DNA of 64,000 nt. Origin: an uncultured Aminicenantes bacterium. Its GTDB lineage: Bacteria; Acidobacteriota; Aminicenantia; UBA2199. The stretch is taken from positions 1 through 64,000 of the forward strand of contig CBDAFS010000012.1 of the NCBI GenBank assembly GCA_965195285.1, written 5' to 3'. This document shows, piece after piece, positions 9,999 to 18,959 of the stretch. The first letter of the stretch is position 1. The number at the start of each line of letters is the position of its first letter. A program made the translations under genes and the position numbers. A model generated the notes under the pieces. The model searched no databases. It saw only the letters and a list, made by a program, of their open reading frames with translations, and was not told the origin of the DNA.

Positions 9999-12035
9999 AT
10001 GAAAAAATTATTTATTGTGTTATTGATATCAGGGGTTTGTTTTTCCCTGAATGCTGAGAACAGGGCTATAAGTTTTGAAGATATGTTCAAAGCCGGTCGG
10101 CTTTCGTCTTTGGCGGTTTCCCCGGATGGCCAATGGATTGCCTTTGCCGTCAAAACCCCCATACTGGAAAAAAACACTTTTGAAATGGATATCTACTGTA
10201 CAGATATCCAGGGGAGAAAACTGAAAAAACTGACCGATTCCCAGGGCAATCATTATGCCCCCCGATTTATTTCAAAAGATGAGATTTCATTTGTCTCGAC
10301 CCGGAGCGGTTCTCCCCAGCTGTACCACCTGTCGGTTTCCGGTTCCGGGCCCGCGGTAAAAATGATGAAGAAAGACATTCCGGAAGGAATCGGTTCCTAT
10401 ATCTGGGACTACGGAAAAACCAGGGTTGCCTTTCAAAAAGATATTTATCCATGTAAGGCCACCATTCAGGACAGTATTGATAAGGACCGGGAAAAACAGA
10501 AATCCGGTCTTGAAGTCAAGGTGCTGACTTCCCTGATGTACCGAGTCTGGAATGAGTGGCGGGACGGGAAGAGAAGCCATGTTTTTCTCTATGATTTTGA
10601 CCGGGGATCCAGCTCGGATTTGACGCCCGGTTATTTCGATACCCCGCCCCTGGATCTCGGGGGTCATCAGGACTTTGTTTTTTCTCCCGATGGACAATGG
10701 TTTGCCTACGTGAAAAACACCGATAAAATGGTGGCCATTTCAACCAATAATGATGTTTTTTTAAAAAACCTGTCCACGGGTGAAGACCAGAACCTCACCG
10801 TTCTCAACCAAGGAACTGATATGAATCCGGTGTTTTCTCCCTCCGGCAAATATCTGGCCTATCTGTCCATGGCCAGAGCCGGATTTGAAGCGGATAAAAA
10901 AAATATCATTCTGTATCACCTGGCCGGAAAAACCCGGACAAATCTAACCGAGAAATTCAAGTTCAATGTGAATGAGATTGTTTTCTCGCCCGATGAAAAA
11001 TATCTCTATTTCAACGTGACAGAAAGTGTGTACCATCCGATTTACCGCTTGAGTTTGAAAACCGGAAAGATCAGGAAACTCCTGCATCGGGTTTATGCAT
11101 CCGACCTGCACATATCACCGGATAACCGGTCCCTGATATTTTTGAACCAGAGGGTCTCCCTGCCCAAAGAGATATTTCGATACGATATCCGCAGCCAGAA
11201 ACTGATCCGGGTTACCCGCATCAATCGGGATGTGTTTGCCGATGTGGCCATGAATGAAATCGAGTTGTTCAAATTCAGGGGAGCCGGGGATGAGGAAGTG
11301 GAAGGCATCCTGTTAAAACCGCCCTTCTTTGATCCACAAAAAAAATATCCCATGGTGTTTCTGATTCACGGGGGACCTCAGGGGGCCTGGGGAGATGATT
11401 TTCATTTCAGGTGGAATTTAAGCCTGTTTGCCAGCCCCGGTTATGTGGTGGTGGCCATTAATTTTCATGGCAGCCGGGGATACGGCCAGCCTTTTACCGA
11501 TGCGGTTTCCAGGGATTGGGGGGGGGCTCCGTTTATTGATCTGGTAAAGGGCCAGGAATATGCTGTTGAAAATTTTAATTTCATTGACGGGAATAAAATA
11601 GTTGCCGCAGGCGCCAGCTATGGTGGCTACATGATCAGCTGGATAGCCGGCCACCACGAACAGTTTAAATATCCCTTTCAATGCCTGGTTTCCCATGATG
11701 GAATATTTGATTCCCGCAGCATGTATTACTCCACCGAGGAACTCTGGTTTGAAGAGTGGGAACATGGGGGAACCCCATGGAACAGTGATTTGTTTGAAAA
11801 ATTCAATCCGGCCCGTTTTGTTGAAAAATTTAAAATTCCGGTACTGATCATTCACGGTGAAAAAGATTTCCGGGTGCCGGTATCCCAGGGATTGATGTTC
11901 TTTACCGCTTTGCAGAGACGGGGTGTGAAATCCAAAATGCTGTATTTCCCGGATGAAGACCACTTTGTTCGAAAACCCAAAAACGCCCGGTTCTGGTGGA
12001 AGTCGGTGCTGGGCTGGTTTGAGGAGCATTTGTAA
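9999..12035 (+). CDS. Exported S9 family (S9C acylaminoacyl/dipeptidyl) peptidase with PD40 beta-propeller
   Basis: Signal peptide MKKLFIV; FSPDG repeats; IHGGPQ, GASYGG, GEKDFRV, DEDH triad; GGAGG RBS. Confidence 0.92.
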   Translation: MKKLFIVLLISGVCFSLNAENRAISFEDMFKAGRLSSLAVSPDGQWIAFAVKTPILEKNTFEMDIYCTDIQGRKLKKLTDSQGNHYAPRFISKDEISFVSTRSGSPQLYHLSVSGSGPAVKMMKKDIPEGIGSYIWDYGKTRVAFQKDIYPCKATIQDSIDKDREKQKSGLEVKVLTSLMYRVWNEWRDGKRSHVFLYDFDRGSSSDLTPGYFDTPPLDLGGHQDFVFSPDGQWFAYVKNTDKMVAISTNNDVFLKNLSTGEDQNLTVLNQGTDMNPVFSPSGKYLAYLSMARAGFEADKKNIILYHLAGKTRTNLTEKFKFNVNEIVFSPDEKYLYFNVTESVYHPIYRLSLKTGKIRKLLHRVYASDLHISPDNRSLIFLNQRVSLPKEIFRYDIRSQKLIRVTRINRDVFADVAMNEIELFKFRGAGDEEVEGILLKPPFFDPQKKYPMVFLIHGGPQGAWGDDFHFRWNLSLFASPGYVVVAINFHGSRGYGQPFTDAVSRDWGGAPFIDLVKGQEYAVENFNFIDGNKIVAAGASYGGYMISWIAGHHEQFKYPFQCLVSHDGIFDSRSMYYSTEELWFEEWEHGGTPWNSDLFEKFNPARFVEKFKIPVLIIHGEKDFRVPVSQGLMFFTALQRRGVKSKMLYFPDEDHFVRKPKNARFWWKSVLGWFEEHL

Positions 12036-12050
12036 ATTATTTAGAAACCA

Positions 12051-12072
12051 GGGGTTCAATATATTGAACCCC
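12051..12072. repeat. Perfect 22-bp palindrome (hairpin or operator)
   Basis: GGGGTTCAATATATTGAACCCC is its own reverse complement; no adjacent U-tract. Confidence 0.7.
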
Positions 12073-12148
12073 ACCATTGCTTTATTCAATTTAACCTGAT
12101 TTGGATTCCCTATAATCTTCCGGAATTTTGTGTTAAAATATTTTTATC

Positions 12149-14602
12149 ATGAAAACAATTCGATTTGAAGTTTTTTTTATTATCCTGACGGTATTTTTTT
12201 TATTGGGTTCGGATACAATAGGTTCTGATTCTTTAAAAGAACACAACCTGATCATCATTTCCCTGGATACTACCCGGGCCGATTATATCGGCTTTTACAA
12301 CCGTGAAAAAAGCAGCCTGACCCCCCACATCAACCAGCTGGCCGGACAGGGGGTCAGTTTCCAAAACTGCTATGCCCCTACACCCCTGACCCTTCCCTCA
12401 CACTGTTCCCTGTTCACCGGCTTATATCCCCTGGCCCATGGCGTGAGAAACAATGCCTCCTATGCACTTGGAGATGCAGAGGTTACCCTGGCTGAAATTT
12501 TTAAAAAAAACGGGTATACCACTCATGCGGTGATTTCGGCTTATGTACTGGCCTCGAAATTCGGTTTGCATCAGGGATTTGATGTCTATGATGACTCTCT
12601 GGATTCCAGCCGGATGATCAATTCCTTTGCCTCGGAAATCCCGGCTAACCGGGTTTATTCCAAGTTCAGCCTGTGGTTTGAAAAGAATTTCAATAAAAAA
12701 TTTTTTTCCTGGATCCACTTCTATGATCCCCACCAGCCCTATATCCCCCCCGCTCCTTTTAAAGAAAAATACCAGGAAGACCTGTATGCCGGAGAGGTTG
12801 CCTATGTGGATCTCTACCTGGGCAAGATCATTTCCGATTTAAAGAGAAAGGGGATTTATGATAGAACCCTGGTGGTCGTTTTCGGGGATCACGGGGAAGA
12901 CCTCGGTGAACATGATGAATACGGCCACGGGACTTTCTGTTACAACCAATCCCTGAAAGTTCCTTTGATTTTTTCCAAAAATCTGGGTTACCGGTCGGGC
13001 ACTCTGGTCAGGCAGAATACACACCTGGTAGATGTCATGCCCTCCCTGCTCGATCTTTTCGGAATGAAGTCCGAAGTGAAATTTCAGGGCGAGTCATTGC
13101 TGGGCATCAACCCGGTTGATTCCGAAAATGACAGCCGGCTGCTCTATTTTGAAAGCATGTATCCCAATGAAGAGATGGGCTGGGCCCCGGTCACCGGTAT
13201 CATTGAAAAGCAATTTAAATATATCCATTTACCCAAAGCCGAACTGTATGACCTTGAAGCCGATGAGGCTGAGAAGGTCAATTTGTATTATAAAAAATTC
13301 AATATTTCCCAGCGATTGAAAAAGAAACTGGAACAGTTTGTTGTTACCCATTCGGAGAAAAAAAATGCCTACCGGAAAACAGTGAGTTCCGAAGACATGA
13401 AACACCTGGAATCGCTGGGGTATATTTCCTCTTTTAAGAAGTCGAAAGAACTGATTGATCCCAAGAGGGGAATAGCATTTAGAAGCCGGTTGAGAACGGT
13501 GAAGCAATTGATTGTTCAGGGACGCCTGGAAACGGCTGAAAACGATCTGGTCAATTTGATAGCCGTTGAACCGGATATCAAAAGCCCGGTCATTTATGAT
13601 TTTTTTGTTGAGATATATATGGGCCAGAAGAACCTGAAAAAACTAATTGATATCCAGAAAAAGGCCATCGATGAGTTTCCCCACAACAATCAGCTGAAGA
13701 TCAACCTGGCCAATACCTATTTTAATTCTTCCGATTTGCCCGCCTCCGAAAAACTCTGCCAAGACATTTTGAAGATTGATCCCGGTTATTCCCGGGCTTT
13801 CATATTATTAGGGAAAATCGCCCTGAATGACCAGCGGTTTGACCGGGCCAAGACCTATTTCAGGGAAGCCCAGAAACTTGAGCCCCGCAATCAGGCACTG
13901 AAAAAAATGATGGCGGAAGTATTGATCCGGTCCGGGGATCTGGTGGCGGCCAAAGAGGCCCTGAAAAAAATCGGCAACAATCCGGCACTGCTGGCCAGCC
14001 GGTTTGATCATGCCCTGCTGGTAAAGGTGGCCGGCCGACTGGCCTCACTCGGGGAACTGGATGCTGCCCAGGCGATTCTGTCCAGGATACTGGAAATCGA
14101 GTCTAAAAATATCCGGGCCCTGAATGGACTGGCCGGATTATACCTGAAAAGGCGGGACCCGGACCGGGCCTCTGAATTGTATGACCGGGCTTATGATCTG
14201 GATCCGGATTCTGCCGTGACCTTATGCAATCTGGGGGTTCTCAATTTGATTAAATTTCAACAATCAAAGGACCGGTCTTTGCTGCCGCAAGCCCTGACCT
14301 GGTTCAATCAATCCATTGATAAAAATTCCTATTATGCACCGGCTGTCAATGGCCGGGCCAGTGTAAAAATGTTTCTCAACCGGATTCCAGAAGCGATTGA
14401 AGATTGGAAGAAGACCATCGAGATCCAGCCGGATTTTATCGATGCTTATTTCAATCTAGGGATCATCCATCTCAGGCTTAAGAGGCCGGCTGAGGCCTTA
14501 ACCTACTTGAATATTTTGAAAGAGCGGTACCAAAACCGGCTGTCCCAAGCCCGACAGAATCAATTGCAGCGGTTGATTCGGGAATCCGAAGCCAACCGGT
14601 GA
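12149..14602 (+). CDS. Exported sulfatase-like (alkaline phosphatase superfamily) protein with C-terminal TPRs; Thr nucleophile
   Basis: LDTTRAD, PLTLPSHCSLFTG, HFYDPH, GDHGE, LESLGY; TPR repeats in the last ~350 aa. Confidence 0.88.
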   Translation: MKTIRFEVFFIILTVFFLLGSDTIGSDSLKEHNLIIISLDTTRADYIGFYNREKSSLTPHINQLAGQGVSFQNCYAPTPLTLPSHCSLFTGLYPLAHGVRNNASYALGDAEVTLAEIFKKNGYTTHAVISAYVLASKFGLHQGFDVYDDSLDSSRMINSFASEIPANRVYSKFSLWFEKNFNKKFFSWIHFYDPHQPYIPPAPFKEKYQEDLYAGEVAYVDLYLGKIISDLKRKGIYDRTLVVVFGDHGEDLGEHDEYGHGTFCYNQSLKVPLIFSKNLGYRSGTLVRQNTHLVDVMPSLLDLFGMKSEVKFQGESLLGINPVDSENDSRLLYFESMYPNEEMGWAPVTGIIEKQFKYIHLPKAELYDLEADEAEKVNLYYKKFNISQRLKKKLEQFVVTHSEKKNAYRKTVSSEDMKHLESLGYISSFKKSKELIDPKRGIAFRSRLRTVKQLIVQGRLETAENDLVNLIAVEPDIKSPVIYDFFVEIYMGQKNLKKLIDIQKKAIDEFPHNNQLKINLANTYFNSSDLPASEKLCQDILKIDPGYSRAFILLGKIALNDQRFDRAKTYFREAQKLEPRNQALKKMMAEVLIRSGDLVAAKEALKKIGNNPALLASRFDHALLVKVAGRLASLGELDAAQAILSRILEIESKNIRALNGLAGLYLKRRDPDRASELYDRAYDLDPDSAVTLCNLGVLNLIKFQQSKDRSLLPQALTWFNQSIDKNSYYAPAVNGRASVKMFLNRIPEAIEDWKKTIEIQPDFIDAYFNLGIIHLRLKRPAEALTYLNILKERYQNRLSQARQNQLQRLIRESEANR

Positions 14603-14638
14603 TCACCCTTACCTGATAAATTGGATGTGTATCTTCCC

Positions 14639-14662
14639 GGGCAAACCGCCGTTTGCCCCTGC
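14639..14662 (-). repeat. Short hairpin between convergent genes; resembles a degenerate GTAG-family REP
   Basis: Minus strand GCAGGGGCAAACGGCGGTTTGCCC; 8-bp stem GGGCAAAC/GTTTGCCC. Confidence 0.4.
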
Positions 14663-14687
14663 ATATTGAGATGATTTGATAAAATAG

Positions 14688-15578
14688 CTAATCCAGGGTT
14701 TTGTAGGAAACAATATATTCATAGTTGTTGGGTAAATTCTCAAGGACCGGGTCGGTATGTATTCTTTTGAACTTCAGCCCGCATTCCCGGGCAGATTGCT
14801 CGAAATGAAACATGGCTATTCCCATATCAATTTTCTGGAGATCGACCCGGGGGGTTAATTTGCCGTATACCTTGTCCCGGTTAAGATAGAAATGAAAACA
14901 ATCGGATACCCGAATGATTCTCCAGGGCTGTTTATTGGAAGCAGAAGGGGCCAGCCTGACATTTTTCAGAGGTATTCGGTAATCCGGAATATCTTCGTGA
15001 TTCAGGGGATGTTCAATGTCCTGATGAAAAAATAATTTTTCCATTGGTTTTCTCCGGTCACCTTTGGCTCCCCAGCGGGTCACTTTATCCCGCAATGTTT
15101 TTTTCGAAGCGGCATAGCCCAGGGCAATGATGGCTGGAATCATTTCATTTTTACGGATATTCAGGACTTTTCCAAAGGTTTTACGGTCAAAAATCCCGCC
15201 GATCCAGCAGGTGTTGATCTCCAGATCCGTGGCCAGTATTACGGCTTGCTGCATTACATAACCGAGTTCCTCCCAGGCCACCGGGTGCTTCTTTTCGATG
15301 ATTCCGGCCATGAAGGTATTGACACCCTTGATCATTCCATATGTGCCGGTGCTGAACAGGTTTTCCTTTTTAATATCTTTTTTATAAATTATTTGCAGCC
15401 GGATGGAGTGGTGATCGGCCGGCGACCGGGGGGAGATAAAATCCGATATGGATTTTAAGGTTGTGGGTTCGATTTTCCGGTTTTCAAAAGTCCGGCAGGA
15501 AAATCTTTGGGCTGCCATTTCACTGAAATCGTGTTTAAAATAGGGTTGTTTTAAATTCATATAAATTTTTTTACCCAT
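14688..15578 (-). CDS. Nitroreductase family protein (two-domain, TM1586-like)
   Basis: RFSCRTF, NTCWIGG, LAPSASNKQPW, DMGIAMFHF. True start may be ATG 15560. Confidence 0.88.
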   Translation of the reverse strand: MGKKIYMNLKQPYFKHDFSEMAAQRFSCRTFENRKIEPTTLKSISDFISPRSPADHHSIRLQIIYKKDIKKENLFSTGTYGMIKGVNTFMAGIIEKKHPVAWEELGYVMQQAVILATDLEINTCWIGGIFDRKTFGKVLNIRKNEMIPAIIALGYAASKKTLRDKVTRWGAKGDRRKPMEKLFFHQDIEHPLNHEDIPDYRIPLKNVRLAPSASNKQPWRIIRVSDCFHFYLNRDKVYGKLTPRVDLQKIDMGIAMFHFEQSARECGLKFKRIHTDPVLENLPNNYEYIVSYKTLD

Positions 15579-15632
15579 ATTTATTTTAACAAAATGGGGC
15601 TGGGTTGAGAAAACATGACCGGAAGATTAAAA

Positions 15633-15705
15633 TGCCGGGACGCGGAATCGAACCACGGACGCAGGGATTTTCAGTCCCTCGCTCTACCTGCTGAGCTATC
15701 CCGGC
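15633..15705 (-). tRNA. tRNA-Phe (GAA), CCA not encoded
   Basis: GCCGGGATAGCTCAGCAGGTAGAGCGAGGGACTGAAAATCCCTGCGTCCGTGGTTCGATTCCGCGTCCCGGCA folds into a full cloverleaf; anticodon loop CT-GAA-AA; TTCGA T-loop. Confidence 0.97.
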
Positions 15706-15718
15706 CGAACGAAATGTA

Positions 15719-15747
15719 ATCATAACTTAAAAAACAAGAACAGTCAA
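15719..15747 (-). promoter_or_regulatory. sigma70 promoter of tRNA-Phe
   Basis: Minus strand TTGACT-17 bp-TATGAT, 13 nt upstream of the tRNA 5' end. Confidence 0.7.
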
Positions 15748-15882
15748 GATTTAAAAACAATATTTTTTTTCCAAATCATGGTTATTAATATAGATATTTC
15801 AATAAATTGAATTGGCTATTCAATAATTTGGATTTTTCAGAACATATTTTAAATAAATCCAGTGTTATCGGTAGTTTTCAGG

Positions 15883-15899
15883 TTGGCATTGATATTGCT
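15883..15899 (+). promoter_or_regulatory. sigma54 (-24/-12) promoter for the TonB-dependent receptor
   Basis: TTGGCATTGATATTGCT: GG(15885-6)-N10-GC(15897-8), matches TGGCA-N-TTGC consensus; AT-rich upstream; AAAGGAGG RBS downstream. Confidence 0.75.
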
Positions 15900-15936
15900 A
15901 TGAATAACATGAAACTAAATCTTAAAGGAGGTTTAT

Positions 15937-18852
15937 ATGAAAAAGTTTCTGTTTGTGCTCATTGCACTAACACTGGTGTCATCATTTGCTTTCGCACAGA
16001 AATCAGATGCTGACATTTACGGAACTGTATTGCTTCCTGATGGTTCTGCCATTCCCGGAGTGGCCCTGACCCTGACCGGTGATCGAATCGGCCAGAAAAC
16101 AGTGGTTACTTCCGAAGAAGGTAACTTTCGTTTCCTGAAACTTCCGCCCGGAAATTACGAGCTGAAGTTTGAATTGGAAGGTTTTAAGACCGTCATTCGG
16201 AAGAACATCCGTCTGTACGCGGGTAAGAATATTACCCTGAATGTACCGATGGAGACTACAACCATCAAGGAAGAGATCATCATCACCGAGAGACCTGGTG
16301 CCATTGACGTGAGAAAAACCACGGTGGGTATCAATATTACCGATGAGATGATCAAGTCGTTGCCCACGGCCCGTAACCCCTGGACCGTAATGAATCTGGT
16401 CCCGGGTATGATGATGGATCGTGAGGACGTCGGTGGCGCGGAATCCGGACAGCAGTCGTCCTATTTCGGACACGGCGGCGACCCGGATGATTCGACCTGG
16501 ACCGTGGACGGTGCCAACATCACCGATCCCTCGGCCATTGGCGCGGCTCCCGCATACCTGAACATCAATAGTTATGAAGAGCTGCAGGTCACCATCGGTG
16601 GAGCCGATATTAGCTCTCAGACCGGTGGCGTTCAGCTGAATTTTGTCAGCAAGAGGGCTGGTAACCGTTTTTCCGGTGACTTTCATCTTTATGTTGAAGA
16701 TGTGGCCTGGGAAATGACTCAGGATCTTCCTGAGTATTACGTTGACCAGGGCTGGGAATCTCCCGGAATCAATCGCCTGTATCAATATGGCGTCAATTTC
16801 GGTGGACCCATCATCAAAGACAAATGGTGGTTTTTCGGATCCTGGGGTGTACAGGATATTCATGCCCGAACCCTGGTAGGTGACGAGGATGCCACCTGGC
16901 TGGTGTCCGGCTATGGAAAGACCAACTTCCAGCTGGGCAACACTTCGGGTGAATTCCATGTTTCCTATGATGCCAAGATGAAATGGGGAAGGACCGTATT
17001 GTCCAGAGCCCAGCAGAATGCCGGCAGTTTACTTGACCAGACCGGACCGGGATACGTGTGGATTGCCCAGTTGCAGCATGTGATGGGTGACCTGATGTTG
17101 AACGGCCGTTTCTGCTATACAAATGGCGGATTTGCGCTGAATCCCAGAGGTTCTGATGTCATGGACAACGAGTTCAACGGTCAGACCATCAACGCTGGAG
17201 GCGAATGGCAGTACATCTATGTTCCCAGAAAGTATCTGGATTCTCTGTATCAATATGATACAGACCGGAACACCATTAACCTGTCTTTGGACGGCAACTA
17301 TTTCATGGAAAACGTGTTGGGTGGAGATCATGAGATTCGTTTCGGTGTGGATTACTATACCGGTGATACCACCACCGTTACCCAGTATCCCAACAACCGG
17401 ATTTGCTTCACCTACCTGGAAGCCGCTCCATCGGTTTATCAGTCAGTATGGTTGATTCCCAACACCAAACTGGATGTGACCTTTAACCGGATATCATTCT
17501 ACCTGTCCGACACGGCCCAGTTTGGCAAATTGACGATCAGCCTGGGAGCCCGTTATGACAAGGAAAGCGGTAGCATCAACTCAACCGTTAACCCGGCTTT
17601 TACCTGGTATGAGCCCGGCAGTCCTTTCCATGGCACCAATCCGTTCCCGAGCCTTTTGGGTGAAATGACCCAGGCCGCCGGTGATTCACCGATGAGCTAT
17701 GCGACCATTTCTCCCAGACTGTCACTGAGTTATGATATTACCGGTGACGGCAAGAACGTGGTGAAATTGACCGCAGCCCGTTACGGGTCCCAGAGTGGAA
17801 ACTCCCTGACCACCCGTTATGCCTATGCGCCCAGAGAGATCGATTTGTATTGGTATGATGATGGTGATTGGGTACCGGAATATAACGAAATCAATTTCGG
17901 TTATACCCTGTGGACCAATACCGACCGGATCGATTATACCACCGGCTGGAGAACAAATTCAGTGGATCCCGATTTTAACTCACCTTTATTGGATGAGCTG
18001 TCCCTGACTTTTGAAAGGGCCTTGGGTGAAGACATCGCGGTTTCCGTTTCCGGTTTTTACAAGAAGAGACACAATCTGGTTCGGACCATTGGTGTGCTGA
18101 GCAGCGGCCAGCTGGAAACCGAGACCAACAACTGGTACCATGCCGGTGATTACACCTTCCTGGATGGATCAACCGCTCCGTATTACCTGAGAACCGAGAA
18201 ACCGGGTGAGTACTATTACACCAACTATGACGGTGATACCAATGAACGGTATATGGCCGTGGTGTTACAGTTCTCCAAGAAGTTCTCCGACAAGTGGATG
18301 TTCGATGCCTCATTTACCTATGCTGACTGGACGGCTTTCAACGATCCGGAAGACTATGGTTATTATGATGACGCGGGTGATCTGACCAACTACGACTATT
18401 TCAACGAAGGCGTGGTTGCCCCGGCTGTGTCGGGTAGTTCGGGTTTGTCCGGGATTTATGTCAATGCGCGTTGGCAGGTTAAGATGTCAGGTCTGTATCA
18501 GCTGCCCTGGGGTCTTAATATAACCGGTGTGCTGCAGGCCCGTGAAGGATATGTCCTGCCGTATCATGAATCCCTTTACAGAAGTGGAATCGGCTGGACC
18601 AACATGTACAGAGCAGGTGAGAAGTTCGGTGACAACCGACTGCCCACCTTCTGGATGTTGAGTCTGGGTCTGGAAAAGACCTTCAAGATTTCCGAGACTG
18701 CTACTGCTACCATATTCGTTGACGGTTACAACATCACCAACAACAACACCACCCTGCTGGTTGAGACCGATTATGCGGCTGACAACTTTGATCAGCCCCT
18801 CAGAATCCTCAACCCCGGAATCTTCCAGTTTGGAGTCCGCGTAAGCTTCTAA
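15937..18852 (+). CDS. Oar-like TonB-dependent outer-membrane receptor with N-terminal carboxypeptidase-regulatory-like domain
   Basis: Signal peptide; DGSAIPGV...EEGNFRF..LPPGNYEL..ELEGFK domain; plug (VDGANITD); beta strands; ends FGVRVSF. Confidence 0.92.
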   Translation: MKKFLFVLIALTLVSSFAFAQKSDADIYGTVLLPDGSAIPGVALTLTGDRIGQKTVVTSEEGNFRFLKLPPGNYELKFELEGFKTVIRKNIRLYAGKNITLNVPMETTTIKEEIIITERPGAIDVRKTTVGINITDEMIKSLPTARNPWTVMNLVPGMMMDREDVGGAESGQQSSYFGHGGDPDDSTWTVDGANITDPSAIGAAPAYLNINSYEELQVTIGGADISSQTGGVQLNFVSKRAGNRFSGDFHLYVEDVAWEMTQDLPEYYVDQGWESPGINRLYQYGVNFGGPIIKDKWWFFGSWGVQDIHARTLVGDEDATWLVSGYGKTNFQLGNTSGEFHVSYDAKMKWGRTVLSRAQQNAGSLLDQTGPGYVWIAQLQHVMGDLMLNGRFCYTNGGFALNPRGSDVMDNEFNGQTINAGGEWQYIYVPRKYLDSLYQYDTDRNTINLSLDGNYFMENVLGGDHEIRFGVDYYTGDTTTVTQYPNNRICFTYLEAAPSVYQSVWLIPNTKLDVTFNRISFYLSDTAQFGKLTISLGARYDKESGSINSTVNPAFTWYEPGSPFHGTNPFPSLLGEMTQAAGDSPMSYATISPRLSLSYDITGDGKNVVKLTAARYGSQSGNSLTTRYAYAPREIDLYWYDDGDWVPEYNEINFGYTLWTNTDRIDYTTGWRTNSVDPDFNSPLLDELSLTFERALGEDIAVSVSGFYKKRHNLVRTIGVLSSGQLETETNNWYHAGDYTFLDGSTAPYYLRTEKPGEYYYTNYDGDTNERYMAVVLQFSKKFSDKWMFDASFTYADWTAFNDPEDYGYYDDAGDLTNYDYFNEGVVAPAVSGSSGLSGIYVNARWQVKMSGLYQLPWGLNITGVLQAREGYVLPYHESLYRSGIGWTNMYRAGEKFGDNRLPTFWMLSLGLEKTFKISETATATIFVDGYNITNNNTTLLVETDYAADNFDQPLRILNPGIFQFGVRVSF

Positions 18853-18881
18853 TTGACGCTGATATAGAAATTCAAGTTGAT

Positions 18882-18921
18882 AAAAACCCCCCGCACCGAA
18901 CGGTGCGGGGGGTTTTTTTTT
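18882..18921 (+). terminator. Strong Rho-independent terminator
   Basis: AAAAACCCCCCGCACCG-AA-CGGTGCGGGGGG followed by T9. Confidence 0.92.
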
Positions 18922-18924
18922 GTA

Positions 18925-18953
18925 TTGACGGGTACGCGTAATTTTTGTATAGT
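18925..18953 (+). promoter_or_regulatory. sigma70 promoter, leaderless geometry
   Basis: TTGACG-17-TATAGT-6 nt-ATG(18960); no SD. Confidence 0.65.
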
Positions 18954-18959
18954 GGTAAG

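Noticed and set aside
15633-15705. tRNA-Phe as an integration site for an island or prophage
   Set aside because: No integrase, no duplicated tRNA 3' end seen, and the flanking genes have host-like composition.
16003-16959. 318-aa antisense ORF inside the receptor gene, and other long antisense ORFs (4638-5291, 47480-48154, 48416-49162, 59445-60134)
   Set aside because: Shadow ORFs produced by codon bias of the sense genes; no motifs, RBS or promoters.
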